A stretch of DNA of 62,713 nt, the filler included, from Diploschistes diacapsis (Eukaryota): assembly GCA_023645945.1 (NCBI GenBank). It is 19 parts of 19 records of this genome, joined end to end, with 100 filler letters (N's around TTAATTAATTAA, not from the genome) between each part and the next. Parts side by side here need not be neighbours in the genome. Positions count along the whole stretch, not along the records: positions 12,866 to 14,903 come from JALAIB010002419.1; positions 15,004 to 39,299 come from JALAIB010000242.1; 17 more parts are not named here. The stretch is one strand, 5' to 3'. Below the pieces are notes generated by a model. It searched no databases, was not told where the DNA came from, and saw only the letters and a list, made by a program, of their open reading frames with translations. Shown one piece after another: positions 13,340-25,499 of the stretch (its first letter is position 1; every line of letters begins with the position of its first letter). The position numbers and the translations under genes were made by a program.

Positions 13340-14209
13340 TACTTGATGATGATAATAATAATGGTTTGATTTACCAGCTGAAGCTGAATTATCCAAGCAT
13401 ATTTGTACCCCAGTATTTGCGGTAAAACTCTTATTTCGGAAGAACCCAGCGACATAAGCATTAATCCCGTAATAACACTTTAAGTACTGCCATAGTATCC
13501 TAGTATTATTTATTGTTAATATTATAGTATTTAACGGTGACCAAGATGTTGTGTTAATATTTTTTATATCCTATTATTCTGTATTTGGCGACCTGTTAAT
13601 TTAAATCGATAACGTTATCGTTATCGCTGCCGAATGTTGACCGTTGCACCGGAAGTAGCTAGCAGCCTTAGAATAAAGGTCAAAATGCCAAGCCTGGAAT
13701 AAAGAATATTCGTGGCATGATAGAAATAGGGCTTGGATCCATAACCTCCGAAAAGATCTATTAGTAATCGTTTTTATTATTCGATCATGCCGCTATTCAT
13801 TCTTCTAATAATTATTATATTATTTTTGTTGAAAGTGGAGGTGGGGTGACTAAATAGGCAAGTAATGACTAGTGGAATAACTGCTGAATACAATAATAAT
13901 GCTTTATTATTGTAGGAGGTAAAGAATGAAGATGAAGATAAATGGATGGAGATGAAGATTAAACGCTGTAGATGATGGGAGATGAAAGATCTTTTATAGA
14001 TACTTTCACCTGATTACTACTAGTAATCTCCGATAATGTTGGATCTTCTGATCCAACATTGTTTGTCCCACTATCCAGCATCCATGGACCAAACCATTGG
14101 ATCTAATTATCCAACATTTATTGGATCCATGTTCCAAATATTGTTGGATCATTAATCCAATAATGATCCAATAATCCAAACATCCTTCCTAGTAGCCCCT
14201 GGCTACTAA

Positions 14210-14903
14210 TGTAAACATAAAAGTAGGCTGTAGACTTGGTGGGGGTGGTCCCTTCAGGACAGCTCCATTTAAAAAGGCCTGTTAGATAGCTCTAAACAAT
14301 TCATACATCTTATACGTTATTAATTCCCTACCTAGCTATGCTCTTAACTGCGAGATCACATTATATTCCTTTATTACATCACCTACGACCACCTACCTAT
14401 TATAGTAAGAAAAGTCTCTCTAAACAACGCGTCTTGTGTTTATAATAAAGGCTAACCTAAGGACTTATCTAAGAACCCTTTTACATCTTACGAAAGGTAA
14501 GGAGAAGGTTACGATATGAAAGTTCTAGATATGATAAAAAGATATTATTCATAAAAATATGGAAAGAGAAATAAAAAAAACATCAAATTATTTTTAAATA
14601 AATTATCAGTATTAGAAGGAGAAAAGAATAAAAATTGTTTAAAATATATTTAAAAGGTTAAGTTATGAACGGATAGGATATTAAAAAAGAATTAAAATTA
14701 AAGATTATCGATATTAAAAACGATAGATATTATCGACTCGAGTTATTCGATATCGGATAAAGATTGAATAAATTAATTAAAATTACGCGAATACGAATAC
14801 GAAAAAAAAAGGATTAAATACGAATAAATAAATAAATAAAATTACGCGAATACGAACGTTAAAGAAAAGAAATCGAATACGAGATTAAATACGAGTTTTA
14901 GAA
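14210..14903 (+). mobile_element. LTR family C copy and downstream AT-rich internal sequence
   Basis: Starts TGTAAACATAAAAGTAGG and matches the reverse complement of ~55050-55733. Confidence 0.55.
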
Positions 14904-15419
14904 NNNNNNNNNNNNNNNNNNNNNNNNNNNNNNNNNNNNNNNNNNNNTTAATTAATTAANNNNNNNNNNNNNNNNNNNNNNNNNNNNNNNNNNNNNNNNN
15001 NNNCCGGTACAGGGAAGAGCTTTAGTTGGGGAGTGATTGCTAGTGCTTTGGCTCAGGGATCGTACTAGATAGGTCTGGGCTGTTTTTGAAGCTCTCCTTG
15101 AAGGAGTTTCAGAATCGGCAATGATTGATTGATCGGGAGCATACTCTCGAGCTTTTGTGTGGGGGCCAAAGGGGGCGGAAGCGGTGTGCTTGGTGTGCAC
15201 GTTGTTCTTGATGTCGTTTGGCGGTCTGTCTCGCTATATCTTATCTTTCTATCTCCCGCCTGCCGCCTCCCCCCCGTCCACCAAACTGCGCTTTTCTTTA
15301 CACTCTTTCGCCGTCCTCGGAACCCCATCTCAGAATCCACCATCCCTCAACCTCATGCCGTACAGCCCAGAACAACCACGTGCTCCCTCGTAGTGTAGGC
15401 CTGACCGCGAGCTACCGAA

Positions 15420-16482
15420 CTACCCGTACATCATCTCCCCCGGCATCCGAAACCCCCCGTCTCCAAGCTCCTTGGCCAAGAACTCGGCCATGCCTTCTGC
15501 TTTGGCGATCAGCGCTCTTGTTCTTTCTCTTTCCCTCCCATTTCCCAATCTCTCCTCCCGCCTCTTGTCTCCTCCATTCTCAGCTCCCGTCCCTCCAGTT
15601 CCAGAGCAGGGGCCGGTCGAGGCGCTGGGGGAATCTTCACGGTCAGTACCGCTGCTATATTCCCTCGATACTCCCGCTGCTCCCGCTGCTCCCGCTGTTT
15701 CGTCTCCTGCATCTCCAGCACCGGAGGCGTCGGAAAGGGTCTCGGGCGGGCCAAACACGCCGACGAGCAGGCCCATCCCGACGCTCGAGATGGCGACGTC
15801 GTGCTTTTTCCTTGAGCCTTTCCCCGAACCTTCACTTCTGCCTTCGCCGCCATTGCCACCTCCAGAGACCCCGTTCCCAATTCCATCCACATTTCCAATT
15901 CCGTTCCCAGCGCCGATCCCGGTGCTGGTCACGGTACTAAGGAGCAGCGTGCTCTTCCTGTCCTGCACTTCGACCAGGAGCGTCTTCAGCTGCGGCGCCT
16001 CTTTATTTTGGAGGGGTTGAGGTCCGTTGTTCGCGGCGCTGGAGCTGGGAGTTCCGTTGACGGATGGGCCACGAGTGGAAGCGCTGTTGGTAGCGGTAGA
16101 GGAGATACGCCGGTGGATCACGGCGAGGAGGGGATTGGACGTGTAAGATGAAGGGGAGGTGTCGAGTGCGTCGGGAGACAAGGGTGGGTGCAGTGGGGTG
16201 GATGTGGCGGCGAGGAGGGCCGAGGATGTTCCCGTTGGGGTGCCGTTAATGGGATTCGCCGGGTCGTTGGAGGAGGCGGGTGAGGTCGAGTGGTTTTGAG
16301 GTTGGGATGAGGATTCTGCGGAGGCTACTTCGCTGGCTTGCAGGAGGGCAATTTCATGGCGCCAGGTGAGGGAGCCGAGGACGCAGGCCTTTTTAATGAG
16401 GGTTATGGAGGGCACGGTGGTGTTGGGAGAGGGAGGGGTGGTGGAGTGGCCGACTAGGGCGCCGGAGGTGGTTGTGAGGCTG
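15420..16482 (-). CDS. Hypothetical low-complexity protein, possibly fungal Roadblock/LAMTOR2-like; last exon only, 5' end unresolved
   Basis: Long GC-rich ORF preceded on the minus strand by a CTAAT..CAG acceptor. The N-terminal LTTTSGALVGHS...CVLGSLTW and C-terminal AKAEGMAEFLAKEL segments recall fungal Roadblock-like proteins; this family assignment is from memory. Confidence 0.45.
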
Positions 16483-17430
16483 AAGATTAGTTAATTTGGA
16501 CGCTCTTGAGGGGAAACTGCGAGGAAGGCTGGGCGAGGCCAGTACGGAGGAGGAGGGTATATGCTAGGGATACGAGCGTAGGGTATATGATATTTCCCGC
16601 CCGCTGGGTTCTATACATTACTTACAATATTCCATAGGCACTAGCGTCGAGGTTTTGGTTGAATAGATCGGCAAGGGCTTGCGCTCGCAACATCGTATAT
16701 TTGGCTGTCTTAGCGTCCTGTTAGTCTCTGAGAGCTAATGTCTGATCACGCATGAATTTATGATCAGGCGGTCATAAGACAAACATTGAAATAAGGGAGG
16801 ACGTGGACTTCATCTCGCGGTTCCGCCGATGCTCTTTTTCCAATTGCAAGTATGCTTCCGCAAAGGGGAATTACTAGACGATTGAGGATTCCGAGCTCCT
16901 TAACCAATGGCGACCAGGAGTTTCGCACAGGTTCTCCTAACTTATCGACATTGAAAATGAATCTACAGCTGTCTATGTTGGTTTGGGACCAGAGCTCGTT
17001 TGATGCCAAGAAGACAGAAATCTGCCCCAACTTCACCCTTCCTACAGACTAGGGTAGGCCGCGAAACTAGCAAAACTGGCGACCTCGCCTGCCAGAAAAA
17101 GTCCACAAAAAACTTTTCGTGATGTACTAAACTCCCGGGTAATATTTTTAAAGAGCGTCCAGGAGCTCCGAGCGCTCGAAGGGCCCCAAACGGCGTTATA
17201 ATGGTATGATAATGGTATGATTAGCAAGAATTGACTTGCTTATTTCCTAACTAACGCTTATAGTGGACCTAGCTACTTTTGGCTTATGAGTGAGGTCACG
17301 TGAAAGAGCACCTTAACGTAAGAGACGTCTTACTTACTCTGCTGCTAGGTATGGTGGTCATCACGACAACAGAGGGGCGTTGGCTAAATGGTAGATTCAT
17401 CTTTGAATGTTTGGACTTCAATCTGTGTGC

Positions 17431-19071
17431 CTATTCAGAACTGGCTGCTGGTGACATACCTCGCACTCTGTCAAGAAGCTCCTCGACATTACCAGGGAGT
17501 GAGTCTCCGCGCCATGCGACCATACCATCTGGGCGAACAAGTACCAGCCGACGCTCATAAAGTCGTGTCGGCTCGGCCTCGGTCATGGTAATAACTTCCA
17601 ACGGAAGGCGCACCTTGCGTGCTGCTTCCACTATCCTCCCGTCACTTGGCGCTTCTGTGCCAAAACAGAGCAGTACAAACCCACCACCGAATAGGTCGAT
17701 TGTCGAGCACCCGTTCTTCAACCAGCAATGGGGGGCACGATGACCCGGCCGCGCAGTCTGAACGTATATGGCGGGCTCGTCCGGTGGCGCAGGCGAGCCA
17801 TCCGGTACAATGATCGGTGAGTCTGAATAGTTATATCCAAATGCAAGACCTAGAGCCTGGAACTCTTGGCTCAGGCTGGCAACCATCTTCTCGCCGAGGA
17901 CATGTCTCTGCTCGTCTGCCTCAGCACCCTCATCCAGCACCTTCTCTCTTCCTTGACGGTCAACCCAAATAGAGAAGTTTCGTGTGGAGCCAGAGCCGTT
18001 CCGAATCGCCACAGGCCGCCGTTCTGTGTTGTATGCTTCAATGAGACCCGGCCCTCCCCAACCTTCTAGGAGTGCCTGCAAAGCCCAGCTGAGTCCCATC
18101 ACATCGCTTAGCCCTGTGTTTAGCCCGTGCCCGCCGGTTGGTGACATGGTGTGTGCAGAATCTCCAGCCAAGAATACACGACCTTTGCAGTATTTTTCTG
18201 CAGTAAACTGACTGCGTCGCCACTGGAGCACTCGCTTTATTTGGTATTTGATATCATCACGGCCAACGGCCTTCTGCACCAACGCATCCATATCGATGGA
18301 TGCAGGGTCTATCTTTTCACTCGTGCCCATCACCGAGAATCGCCAAAGCGACCGACCATCCAGGGTAGTGAAATTTGCCCAAGTCCCTTCGGGGCTGATA
18401 AACATATAGCGCTCTGCCATGCCTAAGGGATGGTAATCCGTCAGATTGTCGATTCGAACAATTGCACTTAGGGTGTACCCGAGGTCTCGACCGTCAAAGG
18501 AAATGCCGAGTGCCTTGCGCACTGCACTGGAAGGGCCATCACAACCCACAAAGTACCGTGCTCGTACATTCTCTTTGGTGTCATCTTTTACATGTTTGAG
18601 GAAGCACGTAACACCGGTCTCATCCTGCTCACATCCAACAAGCTCAATTCCGTAGCGGATGTCCGTCATGCCCTGGCGAACCACGGCGTGAGCAAGCACT
18701 GGATCAAACAAAAACTGTGGACATCGGCGCAGCATTTCGCTGCTCTGCTTTGGAAGTTCGCGGTCCTGAGTCGAGGGCATCCGAAGACGGCCGATGAACT
18801 TGCCGTTGAGCGAAGTACAGAAGACCGTGTCACCAGAGACATCATCGGGAAAGCCTGCTCTAGCAACCTCGTCTCTAACGCCTAGGAGCCGCAAGAATTC
18901 CATGCTGCGCTCGTTCAGGACACTTGCTTTAGCAAGGATCTCAGTTCTAGTGCCTGGACCACGCTCGATAATCGTCGAATGGACTCCGCGCCGTCCCAGA
19001 TCTAGCGCTAGGGCGAGACCGACTGGTCCTGCACCCGCGATGAGCACGTTGAGAACATTCGAGGTGGCCAT
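17431..19071 (-). CDS. FAD-dependent aromatic monooxygenase (FAD_binding_3, PheA/TfdB-like), 546 aa, intronless
   Basis: GAGPVG Rossmann motif, GCDG motif, FLAGDSAH..SPTGGHGLNTG motif, and C-terminal RPGHRAPH and LVRPDGMVAWRG. Confidence 0.93.
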   Translation of the reverse strand: MATSNVLNVLIAGAGPVGLALALDLGRRGVHSTIIERGPGTRTEILAKASVLNERSMEFLRLLGVRDEVARAGFPDDVSGDTVFCTSLNGKFIGRLRMPSTQDRELPKQSSEMLRRCPQFLFDPVLAHAVVRQGMTDIRYGIELVGCEQDETGVTCFLKHVKDDTKENVRARYFVGCDGPSSAVRKALGISFDGRDLGYTLSAIVRIDNLTDYHPLGMAERYMFISPEGTWANFTTLDGRSLWRFSVMGTSEKIDPASIDMDALVQKAVGRDDIKYQIKRVLQWRRSQFTAEKYCKGRVFLAGDSAHTMSPTGGHGLNTGLSDVMGLSWALQALLEGWGGPGLIEAYNTERRPVAIRNGSGSTRNFSIWVDRQGREKVLDEGAEADEQRHVLGEKMVASLSQEFQALGLAFGYNYSDSPIIVPDGSPAPPDEPAIYVQTARPGHRAPHCWLKNGCSTIDLFGGGFVLLCFGTEAPSDGRIVEAARKVRLPLEVITMTEAEPTRLYERRLVLVRPDGMVAWRGDSLPGNVEELLDRVRGMSPAASSE

Positions 19072-19352
19072 TGTTCTGTATGCTTGATTGTAGGGAATGT
19101 AGGTATTGCAACTTGTAACGGTTTCAAATTATGGCCAGTCGTTGGAACATATGGATTGACGACCTGGCCCAACGTCTCCCCCCCTATAAGCACACCCCAT
19201 CAAGAAGCATCCTCAGTTCCATTAGTTACCACCTATGTTGCCCGACCATACTAAAGTCTGACCGTGAGTGTCTGCCCGGCTCAGCCCGATGAATTGAAAC
19301 CCGATTACCGTATGCCGGAGATCTTGAATTCTGAATGCCGACTGAACGAGTA

Positions 19353-19363
19353 TTCGGAGCCCG
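19353..19363 (-). promoter_or_regulatory. Putative cluster Zn2Cys6 site CGG-N3-CCG(AA) upstream of the FMO
   Basis: TTCGGAGCCCG (reverse complement CGGGCTCCGAA), about 280 bp upstream of the FMO ATG. It matches the sites at 21784 and 25500. Confidence 0.55.
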
Positions 19364-19803
19364 GAAGGGCGGACAATCCAGCTCCTATCACTCCGTAGGA
19401 ACTAGCCACTCAGACTAATAAGTTAGCACTGTTGCTCCTTGGAAATCGTCCTTGCGAACCGTGCCAGCGAGATGGGCGAGATCCCTTGCTACTACGGACG
19501 ATCTGAGAAGCTGCTCCTATGATCTCCTTTGATGTGTGCCTACTGAGGAGCGCCTGAATCGATCTGGGAGTTTTGAATTGATGATACCCACATCAAACCT
19601 CAAATGTAGTGTTGCAAAAACCGACGTTCAGATGTATGGCTGTAGTCTGATTTGTTAAAAGTGGTAATTGATTAATCAGATGAGCCATTGCACGAAGAGC
19701 TGTATTTTTTGATTTATGAAGCTCATGAGTGAGAGACCAATTGTAGCCAGCTAGGTGTTGTGATTTGGAAGTCCTGACTGCTCTCTCGAGCTGCTACGCT
19801 CTT

Positions 19804-21411
19804 TCAGACCGTCACTGTAGCCACCTGGTGCTCAGCAGTGACCTCCCTATTCTGCTTCACGTGATTACTAGCAGGTGTCTCCAAGTCAGGAACGTACTGC
19901 CAGGCCCTATCAAGTCCGCCATAAAACACCCATCGTATCATGTTATCGACTACCATGTTGCCGCCGAGGCCTACATTCTTAGTCACACCTTCTGCAACAC
20001 TCTCCGGCATTCTGTGGCCATCAGCTTCGATTGCCCTCTCCACAGAGTCCACAGTCATGTGAGCGATCTTGACAAAGTCTTCCTTCGCGATCGGGAAATC
20101 AGACCCTACCTCACCCAGCTTCTCCAGACTGTACAATGCGCGCATCACTTTCGCCACATGCCCTTCGTCGCGGTAGACTACAGAACGGTGGAAAAGTTCT
20201 TTCCAGCCGTCCCTTGGATGTCGCGGTGCATAGTTTATGATACGTGCAGGATGCAACGTCGGACTCGCACAGGCGGCGTACATTACGACATCGACCCTTG
20301 CCTTGGCTTCAATCAAGCGGGCCTTTTCTTGATCGGAGATCCAGTCGAGCGCCAAGATGGCCGGATAGAAGACAGAGAGTGTAACATTGTGCAAGAGCAC
20401 GAAGTCCATGGTTTCGCGCTTGCCGGGGCGCTGCGCCGCTCCCATTATATACGCGCAGGTATACATCATGTCTTCCATTTTGCGCTGCAAGCCTTCCGGC
20501 GTCGGCTCGACTTGGAACTGGCTCAGGTGGGGTGCAAGCTCCTTGCCTCCAACGCGTTTGAGAAGACCGTCGCGAATCTTATTGAAGGGATCCGAGTCTC
20601 TCACAGCTGAGTTAATTACAGGATCCTGGCGTAGACCTTCGATTACTTGAAGGAGTGATTTGGACGATACTCCCTGGCCTGACCGAACATACTCTTCGGT
20701 AGGTAACAAAAAGTCCTTGGGCCAATTGTCATGAACACATGCTGCCGCAAGCGCTTCTGCAACAAGACTCGGTTGGTTGAACTCCAGAGCGCACCCCAGA
20801 TGTATTATTGGATGCACGAGGTCTGATAATGACTGTTAGGAAGCAACACTGGCAATGCTCGTGCTGGATTCATTTACCTGTATACATTCGGCAGAAGATA
20901 TCATTTGCACGCTCATCGCCCTTGAGAACATACTCTCTGACAATGTCCGGCACACCTTTCTCGGAAATTTCGTCCTCAAAGAACTTCAAGAAATCTGCAT
21001 AGTGGTCATTGTTTCCAAGACATTTATCAAAAAGTGCTGGATCCTTCAGATCCAGAAGCGATGGTGTCGCCGCATCATTTCCCTTGATGGGGACTTGATA
21101 TGGCTGGTTGTAGTCCCACATATTTTGTATTTCATTGGGGGACGCTCCCAATGCCCACAGCGCGAGAAGGTGGTGAACGATGTGGTCTTGATTCAAAAGT
21201 CAAATATAGTGCTTGATTGACTGGCTTATGTTGACCTACTGTGGAAGCCGCCATTGAATCGGGTGTGGTATGCAGCATGATTGAGTGTGAGCAGCTCAGA
21301 CGCCCTTTTTGCGCTTTCTTCTGTCAGATCTTCAGCATGTGTATGGCCTGGGGTAGCGGTAGGAGACAGCAGTATGGTTTTCGACGCAGTTTGGGGATCA
21401 ATGGCCGTCAT
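19804..21411 (-). CDS. Questin-oxidase / AflY(HypA)-like oxidative ring-cleavage enzyme, ~499 aa, 3 exons (21411-21240, 21186-20878, 20822-19804)
   Basis: GT-AG introns join three ORF pieces into 1500 nt in frame. Family motifs are FHNHIVHHLLALWALGA, HPIIHLGCALEF, DFVLLHNVT and DEGHVAKVMRAL. Confidence 0.85.
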
Positions 21412-21783
21412 ATTGAACGCAGTGGCTGAGGAAGCTCACAAGCAATATTGTGCAACAATGCTGCCAATAGTATTATATTGTGGTATCTGTCAGATGGGTG
21501 CAGGTTGTTGAAGTCCTAAAGCCGGGTTCTTAAGGGCGAAGTTCAGCGAAGTCCGGCATCAATCGAGAGCCAAAAAGCCAAGTTCTGACGTTGTAACATC
21601 ATCATAGAGCAAGCTTCGTCTTGTCTTGTCTTGTCGCTCCGAAAACAAAACGCATGCTGAGAATCTTAGGTAATCTCATAATATATAAATATATAAATAA
21701 AAGACCCTGCTTGTGTGGCGCCAGCTAGGGCTACGCTAACTTGATTCGAGGACTGACTGATGACACATGCCCCGAGACTAGTG

Positions 21784-21799
21784 CCGATCGGTCTCCGAA
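21784..21799 (+). promoter_or_regulatory. Putative Zn2Cys6 site in the divergent questin-oxidase/OMT promoter
   Basis: CCGATCGGTCTCCGAA, 15/16 identical to the site at 25500-25515. Confidence 0.65.
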
Positions 21800-22026
21800 A
21801 TGAAATCTACCCGTTAGAACTACCCGAACTACCCGAAGGCATCGAAAACCCGCACCTAACCTCCCACGTCCACACCATGAGCTAGTCAGTACTACCAGCG
21901 GACCTGGTAGCGGTCATGCCCCTAGTTGTCAACCATATGTAAACACTACTACCGTTGATAGATCTCTGAACCTACTTGATTGTTTCACTATACACAGAGT
22001 CAGATGGTTAAGCTATAGCATGCAAC

Positions 22027-23519
22027 ATGTCCGCCGAACAACCAAACGGCTTATCTGAGCCAGCATTCCCTCTTGAGGAGCTGAGCTGGAAGATCACCAA
22101 GAATGCCAGCGTATTGAGCCAGTACCTAGGAGCAAATAACCTTCCGCAGCCATCGTTGGACGGCGACGGACCAAGTACCGTCGTTCCCAAGGATGCGCCG
22201 CAACATATCCGACAATCACAGCAGCATCTCATTTCAGCATCTCTCGAGTTATTGCAGCTTGCGGTTGGGCCCAGCGAGTACTTGCCCAACCTCGCTCTAG
22301 GGGTAACAATGACGCGCCTCTACTTCATCACCTACAAACATGACGAACTAATGTTCAAGAGTTTCAATACGTCTCCTGTATCTCCTGGCTCTGCCAGTAC
22401 AACATTTTCCGTCTCGTGCCCCTTAGCGGAACTATCAGCTATGGCGATCTTGCAACAGCAGCGCATGTTCCCGAGCAACGCCTCAAGAGCGTCGTGCGCA
22501 TGGCTATGACCGATGCACTTTTCCGTGAACAGTCGGATGGCAAACATATTAGTCACTCGGCGACGTCAGCGCTGCTGGCGCGCAATGAAGATATACACGC
22601 TTGGGCTAGCTATATCTGTGCCAGATCGGCACCAATGGCCATGCAATTTGCAGCAGCGCATAAGCGTTGGGGACCCGAGACCGTACGCGACAACGAGACG
22701 GCCTACAATGTCGCGTTCAACACAGATCTTCCCTTTTTCAAACACATTGGCCGTGACGAGGCCACAATGAGTGAGTTTGCCGGGTATATGCGGAACGTAA
22801 GGAATAGCGATGGCGTCGACATCCGACACCTTGTGGCAGGCTTTGCGTGGAAAGATATCCCTGAGGGCGGTGTTGTTGTTGATGTACGTGCATTCTTTCC
22901 CCGGAACCCTGAGGCTTTTGTATGTGAGAGACTTGACTGATGTCTTTCTGCCATTTAGGTGGGAGGATCGACTGGTGGCGCCGCTATAGCATTGGCCAAG
23001 ACATATTCCCATCTCACCATCATGGTACAGGACCTGCCTGCTAACGCGGACAGCGGGCGCAAAGCAGCAGAGTCTTTCTCTGCAGATATCGCATCTCGGA
23101 TCACCTTCCAAGGCCATGATTTCACTCAGCCGGAGCCAGTGCGAGATGCCGATGTGTATCTTCTCAGGATGATCCTGCACGATTGGCCCGACGATGAAGC
23201 CGCAACAATCCTCAGAAACATAGTCGTGGCGATGGACAAGACAAAGTCACGGCTGCTCATCATGGACACGGTGCTCCCGACGCCAGGGTCGGTGCCTGTT
23301 TCTGTAGAGCGTCTTGCTCGGGTTAGAGACTTGACCATGATGCAAGCTTTTAACAGTAAGGAAAGGGATCTGGCTGATTGGAAGCATCTGATTGCCGCTG
23401 CCGATCCAAGCCTGCAGCTGGTAAATGTCATGCAGCCATTTGGTAGCGCTATGTCGATTTTGGAGGTGACATTAGGTTCTACAACAACAGAGAATGGCCA
23501 TGTAACTAGCTCCCCATAG
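22027..23519 (+). CDS. SAM-dependent O-methyltransferase (Methyltransf_2), ~452 aa, 3 exons (22027-22302, 22362-22883, 22959-23519)
   Basis: VVD|VGGSTG SAM motif split by an intron, plus VQDLP, HDF and LLRMILHDWPD. Introns are canonical GT-AG and splice in frame. Confidence 0.93.
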
Positions 23520-23765
23520 GACCAGGCCCTCGGTCTAACCAGACTTGTCGGCTAAATCTTCGTCTGTTTGGTAGACAAATCGACCGAGCCATGATGTGCA
23601 CCTCGTGCTTCTCTACTCATTTTGGAACATCGACGTGGCTATCGAGACAGGAGACATGAGCCTAGTGACCCAGTAGCAGTCCGACCCAATGAGAAAATTC
23701 GGAGACCATCAGGTGGATTGAACTATTTCCGCAAATTTCTCAAGTCCTGCAACAGCAGGCATACA

Positions 23766-24905
23766 CTACTCCCCATTCGGAATGAAATACACACTCTTAC
23801 CTGGGCCAGCTTCTGCGGCAGCAACATTGAAGGCCTCTTCCCAATCCTCAAGCCTGAACTTCCCGCAAACTTTCTGACCTGCCCTGGAGCCAACCTTCAG
23901 CACACCCCTTTCCACAGTTTTAATCAAGTCCCTAGCCTGCTGAGTTGTGTTCATGAAGGTCCCTTTGATTGTGATGTTCTTGAACGAGATCTGCGAATAG
24001 GGCAGATCGAGGTTATCTCGAATTCCTCCCATTAAGCTCATGCGACCTCCTGACTTCAAGCACATGAATCCCGCTTTGATGTGCGAGCTTTTACTGGCCA
24101 CGGTCGGGGAGATGTCGAAGTAAACATCCAAGGGTCCAAACTTCGCCAGAGCATTAACATCTTCTTGTACGTCGCCGCTGATCTTGACGATTTCTACCCT
24201 TCCAGGCTCGGCGAGCTTCTTCAGCTCTGCGAGCGCCATCTCATTCCTTCCCATAGCGATGACTCGGGCTCCCATAGACAGAGCAACATGCACCGCAGCA
24301 CTGCCGAATGATCCCGTAGCCGTAGCAATCAAGACCGTCTCACCGGGCTTCAAGCCGATATCTGCGAGTCCGCCGTATGGTACGATCAGCTGGCTAAGCG
24401 CTCCAAGTTCTTCAAGCTTATACCCCAATTGTCCAACTAGAGCATTCTCGTCGAGGACATGCACTCCTTCCATCGGCGCTGTTGATAGTTCGCCCCAGCA
24501 CCCGTTTCGCCAATCCTCCGCCATCAGCTTTCTGCCTGCCTCACTGACCTCGTGGAAGCCACGCAGGATTTTGACATTGGGGTCGTCACGGGCCCGCACC
24601 GTTACCTCGACGTATACCAGCTGCCCAGGTTTCAAGCTAGTAGCATCGGACGGCACAGCAGCGATGCGGGCGATGCATGTTCCGCCGGGGACGGAGGGCA
24701 GAGGGTATTTGTAGCCTCTTGGGTTTCCGTTTGCGAAGATTTCCCCAGCGTATTGAACAATGATAGCATACAAAGGCTTGATGACTACGGTTCCAGCAGT
24801 GGGGATTGGAGTCGGCAGCTTCGCGAGGGTGAGAGATTCGGACGGGGAGTGGATCTGCAGGCCAGTGTAGGTCTCCGGGAGAGAGTGTTCTGCATGAGCT
24901 GCCAT
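23766..24905 (-). CDS. Medium-chain dehydrogenase/reductase (GroES-like ADH fold), ~379 aa
   Basis: ATGSFGSAAV nucleotide-binding motif and MDR-like layout. The likely start is MAAHAEHSLP (24905) rather than 25076. No classical GHE zinc motif is seen. Confidence 0.85.
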   Translation of the reverse strand: MAAHAEHSLPETYTGLQIHSPSESLTLAKLPTPIPTAGTVVIKPLYAIIVQYAGEIFANGNPRGYKYPLPSVPGGTCIARIAAVPSDATSLKPGQLVYVEVTVRARDDPNVKILRGFHEVSEAGRKLMAEDWRNGCWGELSTAPMEGVHVLDENALVGQLGYKLEELGALSQLIVPYGGLADIGLKPGETVLIATATGSFGSAAVHVALSMGARVIAMGRNEMALAELKKLAEPGRVEIVKISGDVQEDVNALAKFGPLDVYFDISPTVASKSSHIKAGFMCLKSGGRMSLMGGIRDNLDLPYSQISFKNITIKGTFMNTTQQARDLIKTVERGVLKVGSRAGQKVCGKFRLEDWEEAFNVAAAEAGPGKSVYFIPNGE

Positions 24906-25499
24906 CTCGATTGAGGAAGAGTGGTGATGAGGACTCAGTGAGTGACCAGTGGATAAACTCTTGGGGGATTGATATATCCCCCTCTTTGTAAGCGCCGAGA
25001 ACGTCATCGTCACACTCCCCATCATCCTGGCCTTGCCTGCAGCATTCCAGTTTTTTGATGCAAACCGCAATATCATCCTTGGTGAGCTAAGGCGGTCAAG
25101 AAATCAACCACTACGTGCAGATTAGACTTCTGAACTTTATAACCATGGGGGGCATTGGTGGATGCAGAGCATAAGTTAAGCTGAAACCCTGCATAGAAAA
25201 CATATCATGATTGGTAAATACCTCCAGATATAAAATAATTATAAAAGTTTACCTGCGAAATTGCGGTGATAACTTGTTTACGCGCCCTCTACGCCCGAGC
25301 ACCTCCGCTACCTCCGGCCTTCTGCATCCGTCTCCGCTCTTTTGGAGATCGAGTTTCCGCCTTTGCTGCCCGCCTTACCTTGTTTTCCCGGTTGATTCGA
25401 GCTTCCTCCTTCTTCCCGCTTGCGCTCATAAAGCGTGGCAGAGTATTGACCTCTTGTATACTGGTGTTCTGTTGGGGTTGTGACAAAATGCAGTGTCTC

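Noticed and set aside
13342..14207. Possible hAT BED-finger relic with TGGATC subterminal repeats
   Set aside because: Too degraded to support a confident call from sequence alone.
19765..20610. 281-aa plus-strand ORF and other long antisense ORFs inside cluster genes
   Set aside because: Shadow ORFs opposite well-supported genes, with no recognisable motifs.
24906..25076. 57-aa N-terminal extension of the MDR ORF
   Set aside because: It contains a TATA-like element on the coding strand and no domain similarity, so the ATG at 24905 is more plausible.
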